64,000 nucleotides of DNA. Origin: Auanema rhodensis (Eukaryota; Animalia; Nematoda). Made by a program: the position numbers and the translations under genes. Below, piece by piece: positions 53,000-64,000 of this stretch (positions are counted from its first letter, which is position 1; each line of letters opens with the position of its first letter). The DNA lies in contig OZ059898.1 in NCBI GenBank assembly GCA_964057225.1, positions 17,670,001 through 17,734,000 of the forward strand, read 5' to 3'. The notes beneath the pieces are model-generated. The model saw only the letters and a list, made by a program, of their open reading frames with translations, ran no database searches and was not told where the DNA came from.

Positions 53000-55900
53000 T
53001 CGTTGAATAACATTGTCCATCGTCTTTGCCTTGAAAAAAGGAATCTAAAAACATCTACTTTCTGCTAAATTATTCTGAAATTTTTCGAAAAAATTTTTGT
53101 CAAAATGTTTTTGGAAGCAATGTTGAGTGTACATGGAAACTCAACATACACTAATGCATCATTTTTCAAACGATCATAACTAATTTCTGTATTAAGCGTT
53201 TCTCAATGTAGTATAGTGCATTTGATGCGGATTTTTAAGCTGCGTCGATCTGTGTTATCAGATTTGCGCTAGCTTAAAAATGCACCGAGATATCAACTGA
53301 TATAAGTTCACACTTATATCCTCGATTTTCACCCTGAAGAATTAATTTTTTCGTTGAATAACATTGTCCATCGTCTTTGCCTTGAAAAACGAAATCTGAA
53401 AACATCTACTTTTTGCTAAATTATTTTGAAATTTTTCGAAAAAATTTTTGTCAAAATGTTTTTGGAAGCAATGTTGAGTGTACATGGAAACTTAACATAC
53501 ACTAATGCATCATTTTTCAAACAATCATAACTAATTTTTGTATTAAGCGTTTCTCAATGTAGAATAGTGCATTCGATGCGGATTTTTAAGCTGCGTCGAT
53601 CTGTGTTATCAGATTTGCGCTAGCTTAAAAATGCACCGAGATATCAACTGATATAAGTTCACACTTATATCCTCGATTTTCACCCTGAAGAATTAATTTT
53701 TTCGTTGAATAACATTGTCCATCGTCTTTGCCTTGAAAAACGAAATCTGAAAACATCTACTTTTTGCTAAATTATTTTGAAATTTTTCGAAAAAATTTTT
53801 GTCAAAATGTTTTTGGAAGCAATGTTGAGTGTACATGGAAACTCAACATACACTAATGCATCATTTTTCAAACAATCATAACTAATTTTTGTATTAAGCG
53901 TTTCTCAATGTAGAATAGTGCATTCGATGCGGATTTTTAAGCTGCGTCGATCTGTGTTATCAGATTTGGGCTAGCTTAAAAATGCACCGAGATATCAACT
54001 GATATAAGTTCACACTTATATCCTCGATTTTCACCCTGAAGAATTAATTTTTTCGTTGAATAACATTGTCCATCGTCTTTGCCTTGAAAAAAGGAATCTA
54101 AAAACATCTACTTTCTGCTAAATTATTCTGAAATTTTTCGAAAAAATTTTTGTCAAAATGTTTTTGGAAGCAATGTTGAGTGTACATGGAAACTCAACAT
54201 ACACTAATGCATCATTTTTCAAACGATCATAACTAATTTCTGTATTAAGCGTTTCTCAATGTAGTATAGTGCATTTGATGCGGATTTTTAAGCTGCGTCG
54301 ATCTGTGTTATCAGATTTGCGCTAGCTTAAAAATGCACCGAGATATCAACTGATATAAGTTCACACTTATATCCTCGATTTTCACCCTGAAGAATTAATT
54401 TTTTCGTTGAATAACATTGTCCATCGTCTTTGCCTTGAAAAACGAAATCTGAAAACATCTACTTTTTGCTAAATTATTTTGAAATTTTTCGAAAAAATTT
54501 TTGTCAAAATGTTTTTGGAAGCAATGTTGAGTGTACATGGAAACTTAACATACACTAATGCATCATTTTTCAAACAATCATAACTAATTTTTGTATTAAG
54601 CGTTTCTCAATGTAGAATAGTGCATTCGATGCGGATTTTTAAGCTGCGTCGATCTGTGTTATCAGATTTGCGCTAGCTTAAAAATGCACCGAGATATCAA
54701 CTGATATAAGTTCACACTTATATCCTCGATTTTCACCCTGAAGAATTAATTTTTTCGTTGAATAACATTGTCCATCGTCTTTGCCTTGAAAAACGAAATC
54801 TGAAAACATCTACTTTTTGCTAAATTATTTTGAAATTTTTCGAAAAAATTTTTGTCAAAATGTTTTTGGAAGCAATGTTGAGTGTACATGGAAACTCAAC
54901 ATACACTAATGCATCATTTTTCAAACAATCATAACTAATTTTTGTATTAAGCGTTTCTCAATGTAGAATAGTGCATTCGATGCGGATTTTTAAGCTGCGT
55001 CGATCTGTGTTATCAGATTTGGGCTAGCTTAAAAATGCACCGAGATATCAACTGATATAAGTTCACACTTATATCCTCGATTTTCACCCTGAAGAATTAA
55101 TTTTTTCGTTGAATAACATTGTCCATCGTCTTTGCCTTGAAAAACGAAATCTGAAAACATCTACTTTTTGCTAAATTATTTTGAAATTTTTCGAAAAAAT
55201 TTTTGTCAAAATGTTTTTGGAAGCAATGTTGAGTGTACATGGAAACTTAACATACACTAATGCATCATTTTTCAAACAATCATAACTAATTTTTGTATTA
55301 AGCGTTTCTCAATGTAGAATAGTGCATTCGATGCGGATTTTTAAGCTGCGTCGATCTGTGTTATCAGATTTGCGCTAGCTTAAAAATGCACCGAGATATC
55401 AACTGATATAAGTTCACACTTATATCCTCGATTTTCACCCTGAAGAATTAATTTTTTCGTTGAATAACATTGTCCATCGTCTTTGCCTTGAAAAACGAAA
55501 TCTGAAAACATCTACTTTTTGCTAAATTATTTTGAAATTTTTCGAAAAAATTTTTGTCAAAATGTTTTTGGAAGCAATGTTGAGTGTACATGGAAACTCA
55601 ACATACACTAATGCATCATTTTTCAAACAATCATAACTAATTTTTGTATTAAGCGTTTCTCAATGTAGAATAGTGCATTCGATGCGGATTTTTCAGCTGC
55701 GTCGATCTGTGTTATCAGATTTGGGCTAGCTTAAAAATGCACCGAGATATCAACTGATATAAGTTCACACTTATATCCTCGATTTTCACCCTGAAGAATT
55801 AATTTTTTCGTTGAATAACATTGTCCATCGTCTTTGCCTTGAAAAAAGGAATCTAAAAACATCTACTTTTTGCTAAAGTATTCTGAAATTTTTCGAAAAA

Positions 55901-58900
55901 ATTTTTGTCAAAATGTTTTTGGAAGCAATGTTGAGTGTACATGGAAACTCAACATACACTAATGCATCATTTTTCAAACGATCATAACTAATTTTTGTAT
56001 TAAGCGTTTCTCAATGTAGTATAGTGCATTCGATGCGGATTTTTAAGCTGCGTCGATCTGTGTTATCAGATTTGCGCTAGCTTAAAAATGCACCGAGACA
56101 TCAACTGATATAAGTTCACACTTATATCCTCGATTTTCTCCCTGAAGAATTAATTTTTTCGTTGAATAACATTGTCCATCGTCTTTGCCTTGAAAAAAGG
56201 AATCTAAAAACATCTACTTTTTGCTAAATTATTTCGAAATTTTTCGAAAAAATTTTTGTCAAAATGTTTTTGGAAGCAATGTTGAGTGTACATGGAAACT
56301 CAACATACACTAATGCATCATTTTTCAAACGATCATAACTAATTTTTGTATTAAGCGTTTTTCAATGTAGTATAGTGCATTCGATGCGGAATTTTAAGCT
56401 GCGTCGATCTGTGTTATCAGATTTGCGCTAGCTTAAAAATGCACCGAGACATCAACTGATATAAGTTCACACTTATATCCTCGATTTTCACCCTGAAGAA
56501 TTTATTTTTTCGTTGAATAACATTGTCCATCGTCTTTGCCTTGAAAAAAGGAATCTAAAAACATCTACTTTCTGCTAAATTATTCTGAAATTTTTCGAAA
56601 AAATTTTTGTCAAAATGTTTTTGGAAGCAATGTTGAGTGTACATGGAAACTCAACATACACTAATGCATCATTTTTCAAACGATCATAACTAATTTTTGT
56701 ATTAAGCGTTTCTCAATGTAGTATAGTGCATTCGATGCGGATTTTCAAGCTGCGTCGATCTGTGTTATCAGATTTGGGCTAGCTTAAAAATGCACCGAGA
56801 TATCAACTGATATAAGTTCACACTTATATCCTCGATTTTCACCCTGAAGAATTAATTTTTTCGTTGAATAACATTGTCCATCGTCTTTGCCTTGAAAAAA
56901 GGAATCTAAAAACATCTACTTTTTGCTAAATTATTCTGAAATTTTTCGAAAAAATTTTTGTCAAAATGTTTTTGGAAGCAATGTTGAGTGTACATGGAAA
57001 CTCAACATACACTAATGCATCATTTTTCAAACGATCATAACTAATTTTTGTATTAAGCGTTTCTCAATGTAGTATAGTGCATTCGATGCGGATTTTTAAG
57101 CTGCATCGATCTGTGTTATCAGATTTGCGCTAGCTTAAAAATGCACCGAGACATCAACTGATATAAGTTCACACTTATATCCTCGATTTTCTCCCTGAAG
57201 AATTAATTTTTTCGTTGAATAACATTGTCCATCGTCTTTGCCTTGAAAAAAGGAATCTAAAAACATCTACTTTTTGCTAAATTATTTCGAAATTTTTCGA
57301 AAAAATTTTTGTCAAAATGTTTTTGGAAGCAATGTTGAGTGTACATGGAAACTCAACATACACTAATGCATCATTTTTCAAACGATCATAACTAATTTTT
57401 GTATTAAGCGTTTTTCAATGTAGTATAGTGCATTCGATGCGGAATTTTAAGCTGCGTCGATCTGTGTTATCAGATTTGCGCTAGCTTAAAAATGCACCGA
57501 GACATCAACTGATATAAGTTCACACTTATATCCTCGATTTTCACCCTGAAGAATTTATTTTTTCGTTGAATAACATTGTCCATCGTCTTTGCCTTGAAAA
57601 AAGGAATCTAAAAACATCTACTTTCTGCTAAATTATTCTGAAATTTTTCGAAAAAATTTTTGTCAAAATGTTTTTGGAAGCAATGTTGAGTGTACATGGA
57701 AACTCAACATACACTAATGCATCATTTTTCAAACGATCATAACTAATTTCTGTATTAAGCGTTTCTCAATGTAGTATAGTGCATTCGATGCGGATTTTTA
57801 AGCTGCGTCGATCTGTGTTATCAGATTTGCGCTAGCTTAAAAATGCACCGAGATATCAACTGATATAAGTTCACACTTATATCCTCGATTTTCACCCTGA
57901 AGAATTAATTTTTTCGTTGAATAACATTGTCCATCGTCTTTGCCTTGAAAAACGAAATCTGAAAACATCTACTTTTTGCTAAATTATTTTGAAATTTTTC
58001 GAAAAAATTTTTGTCAAAATGTTTTTGGAAGCAATGTTGAGTGTACATGGAAACTCAACATACACTAATGCATCATTTTTCAAACGATCACAACTAAATT
58101 TTGTATAAAGCGTTTCTCAATGTAGTATAGTGCATTCGATGCGGATTTGTAAGCTGCGTCGATCTGTGTTATCAGATTTGCGCTAGCTTGAAAATGCACC
58201 GAGATATCAACTGATATAAGTTCACACTTATATCCTCGATTTTCACCCTGAAGAATTAATTTTTTCGTTGAATAACATTGTCCATCGTCTTTGCCTTGAA
58301 AAACGGAATCTGAAAACATCTACTTTTTGCTAAATTATTTTGAAATTTTTCGAAAAAATTTTTGTCAAAATGTTTTTGGAAGCAATGTTGAGTGTACATG
58401 GAAACTCAACATACACTAATGCATCATTTTTCAAACGATCATAACTAATTTTTGTATTAAGCGTTTTTCAATGTAGTATAGTGCATTCGATGCGGAATTT
58501 TAAGCTGCGTCGATCTGTGTTATCAGATTTGCGCTAGCTTAAAAATGCACCGAGACATCAACTGATATAAGTTCACACTTATATCCTCGATTTTCACCCT
58601 GAAGAATTTATTTTTTCGTTGAATAACATTGTCCATCGTCTTTGCCTTGAAAAAAGGAATCTAAAAACATCTACTTTCTGCTAAATTATTCTGAAATTTT
58701 TCGAAAAAATTTTTGTCAAAATGTTTTTGGAAGCAATGTTGAGTGTACATGGAAACTCAACATACCCTAATGCATCATTTTTCAAACGATCATAACTAAT
58801 TTCTGTATTAAGCGTTTCTCAATGTAGTATAGTGCATTTGATGCGGATTTTTAAGCTGCGTCGATCTGTGTTATCAGATTTGCGCTAGCTTAAAAATGCA

Positions 58901-59400
58901 CCGAGATATCAACTGATATAAGTTCACACTTATATCCTCGATTTTCACCCTGAAGAATTAATTTTTTCGTTGAATAACATTGTCCATCGTCTTTGCCTTG
59001 AAAAACGAAATCTGAAAACATCTACTTTTTGCTAAATTATTTTGAATTTTTTCGAAAAAATTTTTGTCAAAATGTTTTTGGAAGCAATGTTGAGTGTACA
59101 TGGAAACTCAACATACACTAATGCATCATTTTTCAAACGATCACAACTAATTTTTGTATAAAGCGTTTCTCAATGTAGTATAGTGCATTCGATGCGGATT
59201 TGTAAGCTGCGTCGATCTGTGTTATCAGATTTGCGCTAGCTTGAAAATGCACCGAGATATCAACTGATATAAGTTCACACTTATATCCTCGATTTTCACC
59301 CTGAAGAATTAATTTTTTCGTTGAATAACATTGTCCATCGTCTTTGCCTTGAAAAACGGAATCTAAAAACATCTACTTTTTGCTAAATTATTTTGAAATT
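53000..59400. repeat. Local 3-mer (and 2-mer) higher-order repeats; boundaries approximate
   Basis: The AAACTTAAC variant base lies at 53493, 54546 and 55248 (+1053, +702). GGAATTTT lies at 56391, 57444 and 58497 (+1053, +1053). The AGCTTGAAAA variant yields ORFs at 58080 and 59133 (+1053). Confidence 0.8.
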
Positions 59401-62400
59401 TTTCGAAAAAATTTTTGTCAAAATGTTTTTGGAAGCAATGTTGAGTGTACATGGAAACTCAACATACACTAATGCATCATTTTTTAAACGATCATAACTA
59501 ATTTTTGTATTAAGCGTTTCTCAATGTAGTATAGTGCATTCGATGCGGATTTTTAAGCTGCGTCGATCTGTGTTATCGGATTTTCGCTAGCTTAAAAATG
59601 CACCGAGATATCAACTGATATAAGTTCACACTTATATCCTCGATTTTCACCCTGAAGAATTAATTTTTTCGTTGAATAACATTGTCCATCGTCTTTGCCT
59701 TGAAAAACGGAATCTGAAAACATCTACTTTTTGCTAAATTATTTTGAAATTTTTCGAAAAAATTTTTGTCAAAATGTTTTTGGAAGCAATGTTGAGTGTA
59801 CATGGAAACTCAACATACACTAATGCATCATTTTTCAAACGATCATAACTAATTTTTGTATTAAGCGTTTCTCAATGTAGTATAGTGCATTCGATGCGGA
59901 TTTTTAAGCTGCGTCGATCTGTGTTATCGGATTTTCGCTAGCTTAAAAATGCACCGAGATATCAACTGATATAAGTTCACACTTATATCCTCGATTTTCA
60001 CCCTGAAGAATTAATTTTTTCTTTGAATAACATTGTCCATCGTCTTTGCCTTGAAAAACGGAATCTGAAAACATCTACTTTTTGCTAAATTATTTTGAAA
60101 TTTTTCGAAAAAATTTTTGTCAAAATGTTTTTGGAAGCAAGGTTGAGTGTACTTGGAAACTCAACATACACTAATGCATTATTTTTCAAACGATCATAAC
60201 TAATTTTTGTATTAAGCGTTTCTCAATGTAGTATAGTGCATTCGATGCGGATTTTTAAGCTGCGTCGATCTGTGTTATCAGATTTGCGCTAGCTTAAAAA
60301 TGCACCGAGATATCAACTGATATAAGTTCACACTTATATCCTCGATTTTCACCCTGAAGAATTAATTTTTTCGTTGAATAACATTGTCCATCGTCTTTGC
60401 CTTAAAAAAAGGAATCTAAAAACATCTACTTTTTGCTAAATTATTTTGAAATTTTTCGAAAAAATTTTTGTCAAAATGTTTTTGGAAGCAATGTTGAGTG
60501 TACATGGAAACTCAACATACACTAATGCATCATTTTTTAAACGATCATAACTAATTTTTGTATTAAGCGTTTCTCAATGTAGTATAGTGCATTCGATGCG
60601 GATTTTTAAGCTCCGTCGATCTGTGTTATCGGATTTTCGCTAGCTTAAAAATGCACCGAGATATCAACTGATATAAGTTCACACTTATATCCTCGATTTT
60701 CACCCTGAAGAATTAATTTTTTCGTTGAATAACATTGTCCATCGTTTTTGCCTTGAAAAACGAAATCTGAAAACATCTACTTTTTGCTAAATTATTTTGA
60801 AATTTTTCGAAAAAATTTTTGTCAAAATGTTTTTGGAAGCAATGTTGAGTGTACATGGAAACTCAACATACACTAATGCATTATTTTTCAAACGATCATA
60901 ACTAATTTTTGTATTAAGCGTTTCTCAATGTAATATAGTGCATTCGATGCGGATTTTTAAGCTGCGTCGATCTGTGTTATCGGATTTTCGCTAGCTTAAA
61001 AATGCACCGAGATATCAACTGATATAAGTTCACACTTATATCCTCGATTTTCACCCTGAAGAATTAATTTTTTCGTTGAATAACATTGTCCATCGTTTTT
61101 GCCTTGAAAAACGAAATCTGAAAACATCTACTTTTTGCTAAATTATTTTGAAATTTTTCGAAAAAATTTTTGTCAAAATGTTTTTGGAAGCAATGTTGAG
61201 TGTACATGGAAACTCAACATACACTAATGCATTATTTTTCAAACGATCATAACTAATTTTTGTATTAAGCGTTTCTCAATGTAATATAGTGCATTCGATG
61301 CGGATTTTTAAGCTGCGTCGATCTGTGTTATCGGATTTTCGCTAGCTTAAAAATGCACCGAGATATCAACTGATATAAGTTCACACTTATATCCTCGATT
61401 TTCACCCTGAAGAATTAATTTTTTCGTTGAATAACATTGTCCATCGTCTTTGCCTTGAAAAAAGGAATCTAAAAACATCTACTTTTTGCTAAATTATTCT
61501 GAAATTTTTCGAAAAAATTTTTGTCAAAATGTTTTTGGAAGCAAGGTTGAGTGTACATGGAAACTCAACATACACTAATGCATTATTTTTCAAACGATCA
61601 TAACTAATTTTTGTATTAAGCGTTTCTCAATGTAATATAGTGCATTCGATGCGGATTTTTAAGCTGCGTCGATCTGTGTTATCGGATTTTCGCTAGCTTA
61701 AAAATGCACCGAGATATCAACTGATATAAGTTCACACTTATATCCTCGATTTTCACCCTGAAGAATTAATTTTTTCGTTGAATAACATTGTCCATCGTCT
61801 TTGCCTTGTAAAAAGGAATCTAAAAACATCTACTTTTTGCTAAATTATTCTGAAATTTTTCGAAAAAATTTTTGTCAAAATGTTTTTGGAAGCAAGGTTG
61901 AGTGTACTTGGAAACTCAACATACACTAATGCATTATTTTTCAAACGATCATAACTAATTTTTGTATTAAGCGTTTCTCAATGTAGTATAGTGCATTCGA
62001 TGCGGATTTTTAAGCTGCGTCGATCTGTGTTATCAGATTTGCGCTAGCTTAAAAATGCACCGAGATATCAACTGATATAAGTTCACACTTATATCCTCGA
62101 TTTTCACCCTGAAGAATTAATTTTTTCGTTGAATAACATTGTCCATCGTCTTTGCCTTGTAAAAAGGAATCTAAAAACATCTACTTTTTGCTAAATTATT
62201 CTGAAATTTTTCGAAAAAATTTTTGTCAAAATGTTTTTGGAAGCAAGGTTGAGTGTACATGGAAACTCAACATACACTAATGCATTATTTTTCAAACGAT
62301 CATAACTAATTTTTGTATTAAGCGTTTCTCAATGTAATATAGTGCATTCGATGCGGATTTTTAAGCTGCGTCGATCTGTGTTATCGGATTTTCGCTAGCT

Positions 62401-64000
62401 TAAAAATGCACCGAGATATCAACTGATATAAGTTCACACTTATATCCTCGATTTTCACCCTGAAGAATTAATTTTTTCGTTGAATAACATTGTCCATCGT
62501 CTTTGCCTTGAAAAAAGGAATCTAAAAACATCTACTTTTTGCTAAATTATTCTGAAATTTTTCGAAAAAATTTTTGTCAAAATGTTTTTGGAAGCAATGT
62601 TGAGTGTACATGGAAACTCAACATACACTAATGCATCATTTTTCAAACAATCATAACTAATTTTTGTATTAAGCGTTTCTCAATGTAATATAGTGCATTC
62701 GATGCGGATTTTTAAGCTGCGTCGATCTGTGTTATCGGATTTTCGCTAGCTTAAAAATGCACCGAGATATCAACTGATATAAGTTCACACTTATATCCTC
62801 GATTTTCACCCTGAAGAATTAATTTTTTCGTTGAATAACATTGTCCATCGTCTTTGCCTTGTAAAAAGGAATCTAAAAACATCTACTTTTTGCTAAATTA
62901 TTCTGAAATTTTTCGAAAAAATTTTTGTCAAAATGTTTTTGGAAGCAAGGTTGAGTGTACTTGGAAACTCAACATACACTAATGCATTATTTTTCAAACG
63001 ATCATAACTAATTTTTGTATTAAGCGTTTCTCAATGTAGTATAGTGCATTCGATGCGGATTTTTAAGCTGCGTCGATCTGTGTTATCAGATTTGCGCTAG
63101 CTTAAAAATGCACCGAGATATCAACTGATATAAGTTCACACTTATATCCTCGATTTTCACCCTGAAGAATTAATTTTTTCGTTGAATAACATTGTCCATC
63201 GTCTTTGCCTTGAAAAAAGGAATCTAAAAACATCTACTTTTTGCTAAATTATTTTGAAATTTTTCGAAAAAATTTTTGTCAAAATGTTTTTGGAAGCAAG
63301 GTTGAGTGTACATGGAAACTCAACATACACTAATGCATTATTTTTCAAACGATCATAACTAATTTTTGTATTAAGCGTTTTTCAATGTAGTATAGTGCAT
63401 TCGATGCGGATTTTTAAGCTGCGTCGATCTGTGTTATCAGATTTGCGCTAGCTTAAAAATGCACCGAGATATCAACTGATATAAGTTCACACTTATATCC
63501 TCGATTTTCACCCTGAAGAATTAATTTTTTCGTTGAATAACATTGTCCATCGTCTTTGCCTTGAAAAAAGGAATCTAAAAACATCTACTTTTTGCTAAAT
63601 TATTCTGAAATTTTTCGAAAAAATTTTTGTCAAAATGTTTTTGGAAGCAATGTTGAGTGTACATGGAAACTCAACATACACTAATGCATCATTTTTCAAA
63701 CAATCATAACTAATTTTTGTATTAAGCGTTTCTCAATGTAATATAGTGCATTCGATGCGGATTTTTAAGCTGCGTCGATCTGTGTTATCGGATTTTCGCT
63801 AGCTTAAAAATGCACCGAGATATCAACTGATATAAGTTCACACTTATATCCTCGATTTTCACCCTGAAGAATTAATTTTTTCGTTGAATAACATTGTCCA
63901 TCGTCTTTGCCTTGAAAAAAGGAATCTAAAAACATCTACTTTTTGCTAAATTATTCTGAAATTTTTCGAAAAAATTTTTGTCAAAATGTTTTTGGAAGCA
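59400..64000. repeat. Distinct monomer subfamily domain
   Basis: ATCGGATTTTCGC (first at ~59577), GCAAGGTTGAG, GTACTTGG, TGTAATATAG and CCTTGTAAAA were seen only here. Confidence 0.85.

Larger units (their letters stand above)
1..64000. repeat. Tandem satellite DNA array, 351-bp monomer, ~182 copies, single orientation, runs off both window ends
   Basis: TCGTTGAATAACATTGTCC recurs every 351 bp (1, 352, 703...). Lines 7021, 14041, 21061 and 28081 (multiples of 20x351) begin identically. The register is -1 at 35101 and -2 at 42121-63181. Copies differ almost only by substitutions at a few dozen recurrent positions. ORF-track spacings are multiples of 351 (minus 1 across each deletion). Confidence 0.99.

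Noticed and set aside
58080-59372. Two 79-aa minus-strand ORFs (MFSDSVFQGKDDGQ...)
   Set aside because: These are chance read-through in another frame caused by local variants (AGCTTGAAAA, GATTTGTAAG and others) in two monomers 1053 bp apart.
1-64000. CRISPR array (regularly spaced palindromic repeats)
   Set aside because: The sequence between the hairpins is repeated as well. There are no unique spacers and no cas genes, and the period is 351 bp.
1-64000. Tandem 5S rRNA, tRNA, snRNA or spliced-leader gene cluster
   Set aside because: I recognise no 5S, tRNA cloverleaf, Pol III A/B/C box or spliced-leader sequence on either strand. An Rfam/Infernal scan of the monomer would be the definitive test.
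1-64000. Giant repetitive protein-coding exon (351 = 117 codons)
   Set aside because: The ORF track shows nothing longer than 79 aa, and no frame stays open across a full monomer.

Overview
The whole 64,000-bp window is one uninterrupted head-to-tail satellite DNA array. It holds about 182 copies of a 351-bp, AT-rich monomer (about 32% GC, hand-counted on monomer 1), all in the same orientation. The register is exact: TCGTTGAATA starts at 1, 352, 7021, 14041, 21061 and 28081, and only two 1-bp deletions (in A-runs at about 31274-31282 and 40048-40056) shift it. I found no credible gene, RNA gene, transposon insertion or CRISPR array. The 75/79-aa ORFs are by-products of monomer variants that remove stop codons. 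The monomer is rich in dyad symmetry: two perfect 9-bp stem-loops, a long imperfect hairpin, a 12-bp palindrome and a degenerate ~118-bp dyad. Linked diagnostic substitutions show higher-order structure: 7/9-mer and 3-mer repeats, a copy at a 14-monomer offset, an ~8.4-9.1-kb tandem duplication, and four variant domains along the array. This fits eukaryotic (peri)centromeric or heterochromatic satellite; the host and family cannot be named from the sequence alone. The most unusual observation is a reciprocal conversion between two 8-mers lying 31 bp apart inside the monomer.
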